64,000 nt of DNA from Candidatus Woesebacteria bacterium. GTDB taxonomy: Bacteria > Patescibacteriota > Microgenomatia > UBA8517. The notes beneath the pieces were generated by a model, which was given only the letters and a program-made list of their open reading frames with translations, was not told the DNA's origin and ran no database searches. The stretch covers positions 179,255 to 243,254 of the forward strand of contig JAGVAE010000002.1 in NCBI GenBank assembly GCA_020060565.1. The letters run 5' to 3'. How positions within the stretch are numbered: position 1 is the first letter of the stretch; the number at the start of each line of letters is the position of its first letter. Shown piece after piece: positions 1 through 7,770 of the stretch. The position numbers and the translations under genes were made by a program.

Positions 1-1
1 A

Positions 2-1009
2 CTTGAAAAAGAACAGATTTTTTTTGAAGGACGTGGGGGGGATGTTCCTTTTATTTCAGTTTCTGCTAGGAATAATACGGGACTAACCGAACTCATTGAA
101 ATGTTAATTCTCATGGCTGAGGTTATAGACCTTAAAGGAGATCCAGAGGCTAACTTAGAGGCAGTTGTTATTGAATCAAATAAAGAAAAGATGGGAACTG
201 TGGCTACTATAGTTGTAAGAAATGGAAGTATAAAAGTTGGAGAGACTATTTTTGCAGAAGAGGTTGAATGTAAAGTGCGTGGAATTTTCAATGATAAAGG
301 TGTTGGGGTAAAAGAAGTTTTGCCGGGTTTCCCTGCCCGCATTATTGGTTTTAGTGAGACTCCTCCAGTTGGAGCTTTAGTTCTAAAGGAGCCCCATAAA
401 GCTGAGGTGGAAGTTGTTAAGCCTAAAAACATTTTTGATTTAAGAAGACTTTCCGACGATGAGATTCCAGTAATTATTAAAGCCAGTAATGCGGGAGCAC
501 TTGAGGCTATTATTGCCGCTCTTCCAGCAAAAGTAGTTGTAGTTGATAGCGGAGTTGGGGAAATTACAAGTAGTGACATCATAAGTGCCAAAACAGGTAA
601 CGCCTACATTTTTGCATTTGGAACAAAAATCCCAAATGATATAGCCCACCTTGCAGAAGCAGAAAAAATTAAAATTGCTAGGTTCGACATTATATATGAA
701 CTTCTGCAACATGTTGAAGAAATAATCAAAAAAGGAAAAGTGGAAGAATTGGGACGAGCGGAAGTAATAGCGATTTTCCCCTTTAATGACAAAAAAGTTG
801 CAGGGAGCAAAGTTGTAAGTGGAAAAATTTCAAAAGGAGATCGTTTAGTACTTATGCGAGGAGAAAAAGAAGTAGGGAAAGCTAAAGCAATTTCCATCAG
901 AAAAGTAAAAGCTGAAGTTACCTCAGTTGGTCAATCTGAGGAGTTTGGAGTGATCGTTGAACCCCAGCTTGATTTTGCAGTCGGAGACGTGATAGTATCC
1001 ACTCGCTAG
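2..1009 (+). CDS. infB: Translation initiation factor IF-2, C-terminal part (5' end lies outside the window)
   Basis: The reading frame is open from base 2. The translation (…FISVSARNNTGLTELIEMLILMAEVIDLKGDPEANLEAVVIESNKEKMGTVATIVVRNGSIKVGE…) matches the IF-2 G-domain end and the domain II/C-terminal beta-barrels. Confidence 0.85.
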   Translation, partial: LEKEQIFFEGRGGDVPFISVSARNNTGLTELIEMLILMAEVIDLKGDPEANLEAVVIESNKEKMGTVATIVVRNGSIKVGETIFAEEVECKVRGIFNDKGVGVKEVLPGFPARIIGFSETPPVGALVLKEPHKAEVEVVKPKNIFDLRRLSDDEIPVIIKASNAGALEAIIAALPAKVVVVDSGVGEITSSDIISAKTGNAYIFAFGTKIPNDIAHLAEAEKIKIARFDIIYELLQHVEEIIKKGKVEELGRAEVIAIFPFNDKKVAGSKVVSGKISKGDRLVLMRGEKEVGKAKAISIRKVKAEVTSVGQSEEFGVIVEPQLDFAVGDVIVSTR

Positions 1010-1014
1010 TAAAA

Positions 1015-1959
1015 ATGGATAACAGTTTTGCTTCACTTATTAACTCTGCCACCTCTATTCTTGTCTTGCTGCCGACAAAACCAACTTTTGATGCTGTTGC
1101 AGCAGGGCTTTCACTTTATTTTTCTATTAAAGACAAGAAGGAAGCAAATATAAGTTGTCCCACCCCAATGATGGTTGGTTTTAATAGAATTATTGGAGTA
1201 GATAAAATTAGTTCCGAACTGGGGAATAAAAACTTAACAATAAAATTTAAAGGCTATGATGCTGCAAACATTGAAAAAGTTAGTTACGACATTATAAATG
1301 GTGAATTTAATTTAACAGTGGTTCCTAAAGCAGGGTTTACTTCTCCCCAGAAAGAACAAATGGATATAAGTTTTAGTGGTGTTTCCTCTGATCTTGTGAT
1401 TTTGATTGGAGGAGCAAATGACTCAGATTTCCCAATTCTTATGTCCAGTGAGCTTACGTCTGCCAAAGTGATACATATTGGAAACCGTGTACTTTCTTCA
1501 GACAGAGAGATAATGTCATTGGCTACCTCAGGGGCCACAACCAGTGAAATAATTGCAGGACTTATTAAGGTAAATGAAATGAGCATGGATCCTGATATTG
1601 CCACAAACTTAATAATGGGAATTGAGGAAGGAAGTAGTAACTTTACAAGTAGTGATGTTACTCCCGACACCTTTGAAACTTTTGCATACTTATTAAGAAG
1701 CGGAGGAAGAAGACAACCCAAAGTGAAATTGAGTCCCATGGGTTTTCCTCCAGGAGCTATTCCAACACAACCATTTAATAGACCAGTTCAGAAACAACAG
1801 GTTCAGCAAGTTGAACAAGTATTGGAAAAATTGGAACAAATTGAAAACAAAGAAGAAGTGGTTGAAAACCCTCCAGAAGATTGGCTTCAACCCAAGGTTT
1901 ACAAAGGGTCTAATCCTCCATCTGGGCAATCTGATACATTTAGTGAAAACAAAGGTTGA
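1015..1959 (+). CDS. Hypothetical protein; weak DHH/DHHA1 phosphoesterase (NrnA-like) resemblance with degenerate motifs and a Q/E-rich C-terminal tail
   Basis: 314-aa ORF immediately after infB. The pattern LLPTKPTFDAVAAGLSLY…VILIGGANDSD…LLRSGGRR sits where the DHH and GGGH motifs normally occur, but the catalytic residues are not conserved. The C-terminus is low-complexity (QKQQVQQVEQVLEKLEQIENKEE). Confidence 0.35.
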   Translation: MDNSFASLINSATSILVLLPTKPTFDAVAAGLSLYFSIKDKKEANISCPTPMMVGFNRIIGVDKISSELGNKNLTIKFKGYDAANIEKVSYDIINGEFNLTVVPKAGFTSPQKEQMDISFSGVSSDLVILIGGANDSDFPILMSSELTSAKVIHIGNRVLSSDREIMSLATSGATTSEIIAGLIKVNEMSMDPDIATNLIMGIEEGSSNFTSSDVTPDTFETFAYLLRSGGRRQPKVKLSPMGFPPGAIPTQPFNRPVQKQQVQQVEQVLEKLEQIENKEEVVENPPEDWLQPKVYKGSNPPSGQSDTFSENKG

Positions 1960-2034
1960 TACTGGAAAAAGGAGCTATTGTTTTTTTGAGAGAGAAGTAT
2001 AAAATCTGTCCATTCGAAAGCGAGGTGATTAGAA

Positions 2035-2319
2035 ATGACTGAAAAATACAGAATATATAAAACAGAGCCACAAGAAGTGTTAAACAGCCAGGAAAAGGTT
2101 GAAACGGCTATTTCTCAGGGAATAGATTGGGAAGCCTTCACGAGGCTAGATATGATTGAAGAGAATAAAATAACAGAATTTTGTCAGGGCTGTGACCATT
2201 TTGATGGTCAAGAAGTTCCTTGTAAAGTTGTCGGTTCTAATGACCAAGCGAGATATGCTAATAGAAAGTGGTGTGGCTACTCTCGTGTAAATGGAGTAAG
2301 GGTTGACAAGCAAGCTTGA
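2035..2319 (+). CDS. Small hypothetical protein with a CxxC…C…C cysteine cluster
   Basis: 94-aa ORF containing CQGCDH…C…C. No recognisable family. Confidence 0.45.
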   Translation: MTEKYRIYKTEPQEVLNSQEKVETAISQGIDWEAFTRLDMIEENKITEFCQGCDHFDGQEVPCKVVGSNDQARYANRKWCGYSRVNGVRVDKQA

Positions 2320-2328
2320 GTTTACTCT

Positions 2329-2357
2329 TTGAACTTATCCACAAAGTGTGGTATTAT
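2329..2357 (+). promoter_or_regulatory. Sigma70-like promoter upstream of rpsO (TTGAAC - 17 nt - TGgTATTAT, extended -10)
   Basis: TTGAAC at 2329-2334, a 17-nt spacer, then TG at 2349-2350 followed by TATTAT at 2352-2357. Confidence 0.45.
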
Positions 2358-2416
2358 ATTCAAGATGTTAACAAGGTTTGCTCTGAAATGAGCCTACTTT
2401 GTTCCACATGACTAAT

Positions 2417-2686
2417 ATGGCATTAGCCAAAGATTTAAAAGAAGACATAATAAAGAAGTTTGCAAGAGAAAAAGGCGACACAGGTTCTCCTGAGGTTCAG
2501 ATTGCTCTCCTTTCAAACAAAATTGAAAAGTTGGTTGGACACCTTAAGGAACATAAAAAAGATGTTCACAGTCGTCGCGGACTTCTTTCGATGGTAGCCA
2601 AAAGAAGAAGACTTCTTTCCTACCTTCATAGACGTGATGAAGAGCGCTACAAAAAGCTCCTCACTGAGCTAAAATTAGACAAATAA
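2417..2686 (+). CDS. rpsO: 30S ribosomal protein S15
   Basis: [32 protein letters not shown]…[25 protein letters not shown] is the canonical S15 sequence (89 aa from this ATG). The ORF track starts earlier, at a TTG at 2399. Confidence 0.9.
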   Translation: MALAKDLKEDIIKKFAREKGDTGSPEVQIALLSNKIEKLVGHLKEHKKDVHSRRGLLSMVAKRRRLLSYLHRRDEERYKKLLTELKLDK

Positions 2687-2699
2687 CAAAAAGAAATAA

Positions 2700-5024
2700 A
2701 TGAAAAAGATTGAAAAGTCCATCGATTTAGGTGGACGAACATTGACCTTAACCACTGGGGAACTCGCAGAACAAGCAGCAGGATCTGTTATGGTGCGACA
2801 TGGAGATACTGTAGTTTTAGCCACTGTCACATCCGCCCCTCTTAAAATGGAGATGGATTATTTTCCATTAACCGTTGAGTATCAAGAAAAACTTTATGCA
2901 GGGGGTCGTATTAAAGGTAGCCGCTGGGTTAAACGTGAAGGTAGGCCAACCGATGAGGAAATTCTTTCGGCCCGTCTTATTGACCGTTCAATCCGCCCAC
3001 TTTTTCCTAAAACTTACAAAATGGAAGTTCAGGTTGTTGTCACAGTTCTTTCGGTGGATCTTGTAAATGACCCCTCAATTTTAGGTGCAATTGCAGCTTC
3101 TGCTGCAATCCATGTAAGTTCTCTTCCTTGGAAAGGTCCAGTTGCTCCCCTTACAGTAGGTTTGGTTGATGGCAAATACATGGTTAACCCTGTTTCAAAA
3201 GACCTTGAGGCCAGTCAAATGGATTTAACAGTATCTGCAACCAAAGAAGCGGTTTTAATGGTTGAGGCGGGAGCGAAGGAAGTCACAGAAGAACAGATAA
3301 TTGAAGGAATTGAGCTTGCCCAAAAAGAATCAAAAGCAGTTCTTAAGTTGATTGAGGATATGGCTACTGAAGTTGGAGTTAAAAGAGAAGTATACAAAGA
3401 AGAAAAACCTTCAGCTGAACTTGAAAGCCAAGTTAGGAAATTGGTTGGAGATAAGATAGCAGGGGTTGTTGAAAGCTTGGTTCATGTTGAAAATGGAAGA
3501 TCAACCCAACTACAAGATTTAGTAGACGCAGTTACAGATCAAGTTATGGAAGCTGATGCAAAGTGGGTTTTTGAAATTATTGATCACCTTAAGAAAGATT
3601 TTATTCGTGAACAGATTCTTAAAAAAGGAATAAGACTCGATGGCAGAAAATTAACTGAAATTCGTGATCTTTCTGCAGTTGTTGGCTACTTACCCAGAGT
3701 TCACGGATCAGTATTTTTTAAACGCGGTCAAACACATGTTCTTTCTGTTGCTACATTGGGAGCAGGAAAGATGGGGCAACTTTTGGAGTCTGCAGAAGGA
3801 GAAGTTGAAAAGCACTACATGCACCAATACAACATGCCTCCTTATGCTAGTGGAGAAACAGGTAGATTTGGTAATCCTGGAAGACGTGAGATAGGTCACG
3901 GCGCACTAGCAGAACGTTCCTTAATTCCAGTTATCCCTTCTCAGGAAGATTTTCCATATGCAATCCGAGTTGTTTCAGAAGTTATGAGCTCTAACGGTTC
4001 AACCTCAATGGCTTCCGTCTGTGGATCAACACTTTCCCTGATGGATGCGGGAGTTCCCATAAAAGCTCCTGTTGCTGGAATTGCAATGGGACTAATTATT
4101 GAAGACGAAAAGAATTTTGCGGTCTTAAGTGACATTATGGGTATTGAAGACTTCAATGGAGATATGGATTTTAAAGTTGCAGGCACCGATCGCGGAATAA
4201 CTGCACTTCAACTTGATGTTAAAACCCTTAACTTAACAAGTGAAATATTGAAAAAAGCTCTTGAACAATCAAAGGAAGCACGTGCCACTGTTATGAAGGT
4301 AATTACAGATACTCTTAAAAAACCAAGAGAGGTTGTTTCACAATTTGCGCCAAAGATAAAGCTTGTAAAAATTCCAGTCGACAAAATTGGTGAGTTTATT
4401 GGTCCAGGGGGAAAGAATGTCAAAAAACTCTCAGCTGACACTGGTTGTGAATTTGACACTGCCGATGACGGATCAGTTGCAATCAGTGGAATTGATCCAG
4501 AACAAATGGCAAAAGCAGTAAGTTACGTTGAAGGATTTGCAAAAGAAGTAGTAGCGGGTGAAATCTATGATGGAGAAGTAGTACGCATTATGCCTTTTGG
4601 AGCCTTTGTAAATATTTTGCCTGGTAAAGATGGAATGGTACATGTTAGTGATATGGGTAAAGAAGAGTTTGTTGCCGACGCTAATGACGTTGTTAAAATC
4701 GGAGACAAAATAAAAGTCAGAGTAGTAAGAATTGATGACATGGGTAGAATCAATCTTTCCATGAATATGGATCCTTCAAAAGATAAACCAAAAGAAGACA
4801 GACCACCAAGAAGTGGTGGTGGGTATAGAGGTGGAGACCGTGGAGGATTTTCGTCCCAAGGACGATCGTCTTTTGGTAGGAGTGGAGGAAGAAGTTTTGA
4901 TCGGGGAAGATCTTCATTTGGGGGTGGAAGAAGTAATTTTAACAGAGATGACAGGGGAGGAAGTGGTGGCCCACACTTCCCAACTTCAAGATTGGTTAGT
5001 GAAAAGAAAGACTTTGGAAGGTAA
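2700..5024 (+). CDS. pnp: Polynucleotide phosphorylase (PNPase) with an RGG/RS-rich C-terminal tail
   Basis: 774 aa. Two RNase PH domains are present (…FFKRGQTHVLSVATLG…, …GSTSMASVCGSTLSLMDAGVPI…), then KH and S1 domains, then about 80 aa of RGG-rich low complexity. Confidence 0.95.
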   Translation: MKKIEKSIDLGGRTLTLTTGELAEQAAGSVMVRHGDTVVLATVTSAPLKMEMDYFPLTVEYQEKLYAGGRIKGSRWVKREGRPTDEEILSARLIDRSIRPLFPKTYKMEVQVVVTVLSVDLVNDPSILGAIAASAAIHVSSLPWKGPVAPLTVGLVDGKYMVNPVSKDLEASQMDLTVSATKEAVLMVEAGAKEVTEEQIIEGIELAQKESKAVLKLIEDMATEVGVKREVYKEEKPSAELESQVRKLVGDKIAGVVESLVHVENGRSTQLQDLVDAVTDQVMEADAKWVFEIIDHLKKDFIREQILKKGIRLDGRKLTEIRDLSAVVGYLPRVHGSVFFKRGQTHVLSVATLGAGKMGQLLESAEGEVEKHYMHQYNMPPYASGETGRFGNPGRREIGHGALAERSLIPVIPSQEDFPYAIRVVSEVMSSNGSTSMASVCGSTLSLMDAGVPIKAPVAGIAMGLIIEDEKNFAVLSDIMGIEDFNGDMDFKVAGTDRGITALQLDVKTLNLTSEILKKALEQSKEARATVMKVITDTLKKPREVVSQFAPKIKLVKIPVDKIGEFIGPGGKNVKKLSADTGCEFDTADDGSVAISGIDPEQMAKAVSYVEGFAKEVVAGEIYDGEVVRIMPFGAFVNILPGKDGMVHVSDMGKEEFVADANDVVKIGDKIKVRVVRIDDMGRINLSMNMDPSKDKPKEDRPPRSGGGYRGGDRGGFSSQGRSSFGRSGGRSFDRGRSSFGGGRSNFNRDDRGGSGGPHFPTSRLVSEKKDFGR

Positions 5025-5064
5025 TCTCTTCATAAGAAACTCAAGTTCGTGGTAATATTAAGTT

Positions 5065-6111
5065 ATGGAATCTGCTGCCCAAGAAATTAAAACACTGATT
5101 GAAAGAATTACCAAGGCTGATCTTCCTGATAGACTTCGAGAGTTGGTTTTGATTCGTCTTAATCAGTTAACAAAATTAACCAACTCCCCATCTTTCTTAC
5201 CTGAATTTGACAGTATTGTTCGCTATATCGATTGGATAACAATACTCCCGTGGAGTAAAAGAACCCAGGATCAGCTCGATTTGGAGAATGCAAAGAAAAT
5301 TTTGGAACAACACCACTACGGACTTGAAGATATTAAGACCCGTGTCTTGGAGTATATGAGTGTGATGAAACTTAAATTGGAAAAAGGTGAGAGTAAAGAT
5401 ATATATCGTGCTCCCATTCTTTGTTTTGTTGGTTTAGTGGGAACTGGTAAAACCACAATTGCCTATTCAATTGCAGAAGCTTTGGGGCGTCCCATTGCAC
5501 GTATTCCATTTGGGGGTATGGGAGATCCATTGGATCTTAGGGGTCAGAGTAGAATGCACCCTGAGGCAGAACCTGGAAAAGTTATTAAAGCCTTAAGAGA
5601 TACCCAAAGCAAAAATCCTGTAATACTTCTTGATGAAATTGATAGGGTAACCGAGCAAGGAAGAAGTTCCATTATGGGAGTTTTGGTTGAACTACTTGAT
5701 CCTAAACAGAACTATGCCTATGTTGATCATTACATAGATTTTCCATTTGATTTATCAGAAACTCTTTTTATAGCAACCGCGAATAATACAACTAGCATTG
5801 CAACGGCAGTTATGGACAGATTGGAACCAATTTCCATGCCCAGCTACACCGATCAGGAAAAAATTGTAATAGGTCAGAAGTACATCTTACCAGCAACTAT
5901 GAAAGCTTCGGGATTACCCGAAGGGGCACTTAAGATTAGTGATGATGTTTGGGCAAATATAGTCAGACCCTTAGGGTATGATGGAGGTATTCGTACACTT
6001 GAGCGCAATATTGATGGAGTTGTTAGAAAAGTTGCAAGAATGTTGGTTGAAGGTAAAGCTAAGGAAGTCAGTGTAACCCCCGAAAACGTCAAAACATTCT
6101 TGCCACAGTAA
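5065..6111 (+). CDS. Lon-derived AAA+ ATPase core (no LON N-domain, no S16 protease domain)
   Basis: 348 aa. It aligns colinearly with the E. coli Lon linker and AAA+ module: IVRYIDWITILPWSKRT…HHYGLEDIKTRVLEYMSVMKL; a Walker A-like GLVGTGKTT; a Walker B ILLDEID; LVELLDPKQNYAYVDHYIDFPFDLSETLFIATAN; and GGIRTLERNI (sensor-2). It ends exactly where the Lon protease domain would begin. Confidence 0.8.
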   Translation: MESAAQEIKTLIERITKADLPDRLRELVLIRLNQLTKLTNSPSFLPEFDSIVRYIDWITILPWSKRTQDQLDLENAKKILEQHHYGLEDIKTRVLEYMSVMKLKLEKGESKDIYRAPILCFVGLVGTGKTTIAYSIAEALGRPIARIPFGGMGDPLDLRGQSRMHPEAEPGKVIKALRDTQSKNPVILLDEIDRVTEQGRSSIMGVLVELLDPKQNYAYVDHYIDFPFDLSETLFIATANNTTSIATAVMDRLEPISMPSYTDQEKIVIGQKYILPATMKASGLPEGALKISDDVWANIVRPLGYDGGIRTLERNIDGVVRKVARMLVEGKAKEVSVTPENVKTFLPQ

Positions 6112-6140
6112 AAATTAGACTTATTTGGTAAAATCATGGT

Positions 6141-6674
6141 ATGAAATGGGTAGGAATAAGTGGTGGATGGAGAAAAATTAATACAGAAATTGAGAATGCT
6201 GTACGATCTGCAGTTTCTTCAATAATGATGCGAGGAGATGGGATAGTTTCGGGTGGTGCTCTTAATGTTGATTATATTTCGTTAGATGAGGCTTTAAAAT
6301 TTGATTCTAAAGCAAAAAGAATAAAAATTTTTCTTCCAACCACACTTGAAAAATATGTAAAACATTTTCGAAAACATGCAAGACTGGGGGATATTTCTCT
6401 AAAACAAGCAGAGGATTTAATTGAACAACTTACCGATTTGAAAGCAACCAACCCGGAAGCCTTAATAGAAAACCAGGACACAGACTTCACTGAGGAAAAC
6501 AAAAAAGAAAAATATTATGAACGAAATTCAAAAGTGGTAGGTGTATCTGATGAGCTTGTTTCATTTCGTATTCATACAAATGTAAGCGAGGGTTTGGGAA
6601 CCGCGGATACAGTAGAAAAAGCAAAGAAAAAGGGAATTCCAGTATATGAAAACGATTATATTTTGAAAGATTGA
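6141..6674 (+). CDS. Minimal DprA/Smf-like SLOG-superfamily Rossmann protein
   Basis: 177 aa. GISGGWR…DGIVSGGALNVDYISLDEAL resembles the DprA GSR…VSGLARGID…AL motif. RIKIFLPT and YYERNSKVVGVSDELVSFRIHTNVSEGLGTADTVEKAKKKGIPVY resemble the DprA C-terminal half of the Rossmann fold. The SAM and DML1 domains are absent. Confidence 0.5.
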   Translation: MKWVGISGGWRKINTEIENAVRSAVSSIMMRGDGIVSGGALNVDYISLDEALKFDSKAKRIKIFLPTTLEKYVKHFRKHARLGDISLKQAEDLIEQLTDLKATNPEALIENQDTDFTEENKKEKYYERNSKVVGVSDELVSFRIHTNVSEGLGTADTVEKAKKKGIPVYENDYILKD

Positions 6675-6688
6675 TTTATCCTTAAAAA

Positions 6689-7156
6689 GTGAAAATATTA
6701 ATAATTTCAGATTCCCACGGACATATAGCCAATCTCAAGCAGGTCTTGGAGATTGGAAAAAAAGCCGGAGTCAAAGCCATTATTCACTGTGGAGATTGGG
6801 ATAATCTTGAATCATTCCGTGCTGCACAAACTTTTGAACTTCCTATTTATTCTGTTTTGGGAAATGCGGACATAGACTCCAATTTGGAAGAAGCCTTACG
6901 GTTTGAGTGCAAAAAATACGATTCATATTTACTTGAACTTGAATTTGAAGGCAAAAAAATAGCGGTAGTTCATCGTGCAGATTTGAAAAATGAAAAACTG
7001 TACGGCTATAAAATCGTTTTTAGTGGGCACTATCATCCTAAAGAAGAAAAAATTGTTAACTGGACTAAATTTGTCCGCCCTGGGGCTCTAATTAATGGGA
7101 TTAACTTTGCAGTATATGAAACCGTGTCTGGTACAATTGAGTTTGTAAACGAATGA
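6689..7156 (+). CDS. YfcE/MJ0936-type metallophosphoesterase
   Basis: MKILIISDSHGH…HCGDWDN…GNADID…GHYH are the calcineurin-like phosphoesterase motifs in a 155-aa protein. Confidence 0.8.
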   Translation: MKILIISDSHGHIANLKQVLEIGKKAGVKAIIHCGDWDNLESFRAAQTFELPIYSVLGNADIDSNLEEALRFECKKYDSYLLELEFEGKKIAVVHRADLKNEKLYGYKIVFSGHYHPKEEKIVNWTKFVRPGALINGINFAVYETVSGTIEFVNE

Positions 7157-7770
7157 GTAAATACGAGGAGCTTCACAAGTTAAAAGAAGAGATGGAAAAA
7201 GACGAGAGCCTTCCTCTTAAAAAAGGTGCTACAAAATTAGTTTTTGGGGTGGGCAATACCGAAGCTAAAATTGTTTGTGTGGGAGAGGGGCCTGGGAGGA
7301 CGGAAGACCAACGGGGAATACCATTTGTTGGTCAGGCGGGAAAGCTTCTCGATAAATTATTTCCTCTGGCAGGTTTAGAACGGAAAGAAGTATTCATAAC
7401 CAATATTGTTCACCACAGACCTCCGGAAAACAGGGACCCTCTTCCTGAAGAAATCTTAGCTTATGGAAAATATCTCGACAAAATTATAGAAATAATAAAA
7501 CCCAAAGTGATTTTAACTTTAGGTAGGTTTTCCATGGCAAAGTTTTTACCAAATGTTTTTATCTCGTCCGTTCACGGCAAGAGATACGAAGTATTAGTGG
7601 GAGGTCGCAGTACTACAATTATTCCCATGTATCACCCTGCAGCTTCACTTAGAAACGGAAATGTTTTAGCTCAGGAAAAATTGGATTTTAAAAACCTAAA
7701 AAATATATTGGCCGAGCTTTCAAAACCAAAAGAGAATATAATTGAGGCAGAACAAACAAGTTTAATTTAA
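7153..7770 (+). CDS. Uracil-DNA glycosylase, family 4-like
   Basis: Motif A is GEGPGRTEDQRGIPFVGQAGKLL and motif B is HPAASLRN. The genes overlap by 4 nt (ATGA). Confidence 0.8.
   Translation: MSKYEELHKLKEEMEKDESLPLKKGATKLVFGVGNTEAKIVCVGEGPGRTEDQRGIPFVGQAGKLLDKLFPLAGLERKEVFITNIVHHRPPENRDPLPEEILAYGKYLDKIIEIIKPKVILTLGRFSMAKFLPNVFISSVHGKRYEVLVGGRSTTIIPMYHPAASLRNGNVLAQEKLDFKNLKNILAELSKPKENIIEAEQTSLI

Noticed and set aside
440-1739. Minus-strand ORFs inside infB and the following gene (440-712, 604-897, 1284-1739, 1693-1929).
   Set aside because: They are antisense to well-supported plus-strand genes and have low-complexity, hydrophobic or Ser-rich translations typical of shadow ORFs in AT-rich DNA.
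3215-4762. Several 60-85-aa minus-strand ORFs, and a plus-strand alternative-frame ORF, inside pnp.
   Set aside because: Fully contained in the highly conserved PNPase coding region; no independent support.
6141-6674. The ORF downstream of the Lon AAA+ core could be a diverged Lon S16 protease domain, as if one gene had been split.
   Set aside because: It has no DGPSAG-type serine motif and no Lys dyad context. Its motifs (GISGGWR…VSGGALNVD…, …RNSKVVG…GLGTADT…) fit a DprA/SLOG Rossmann fold instead.
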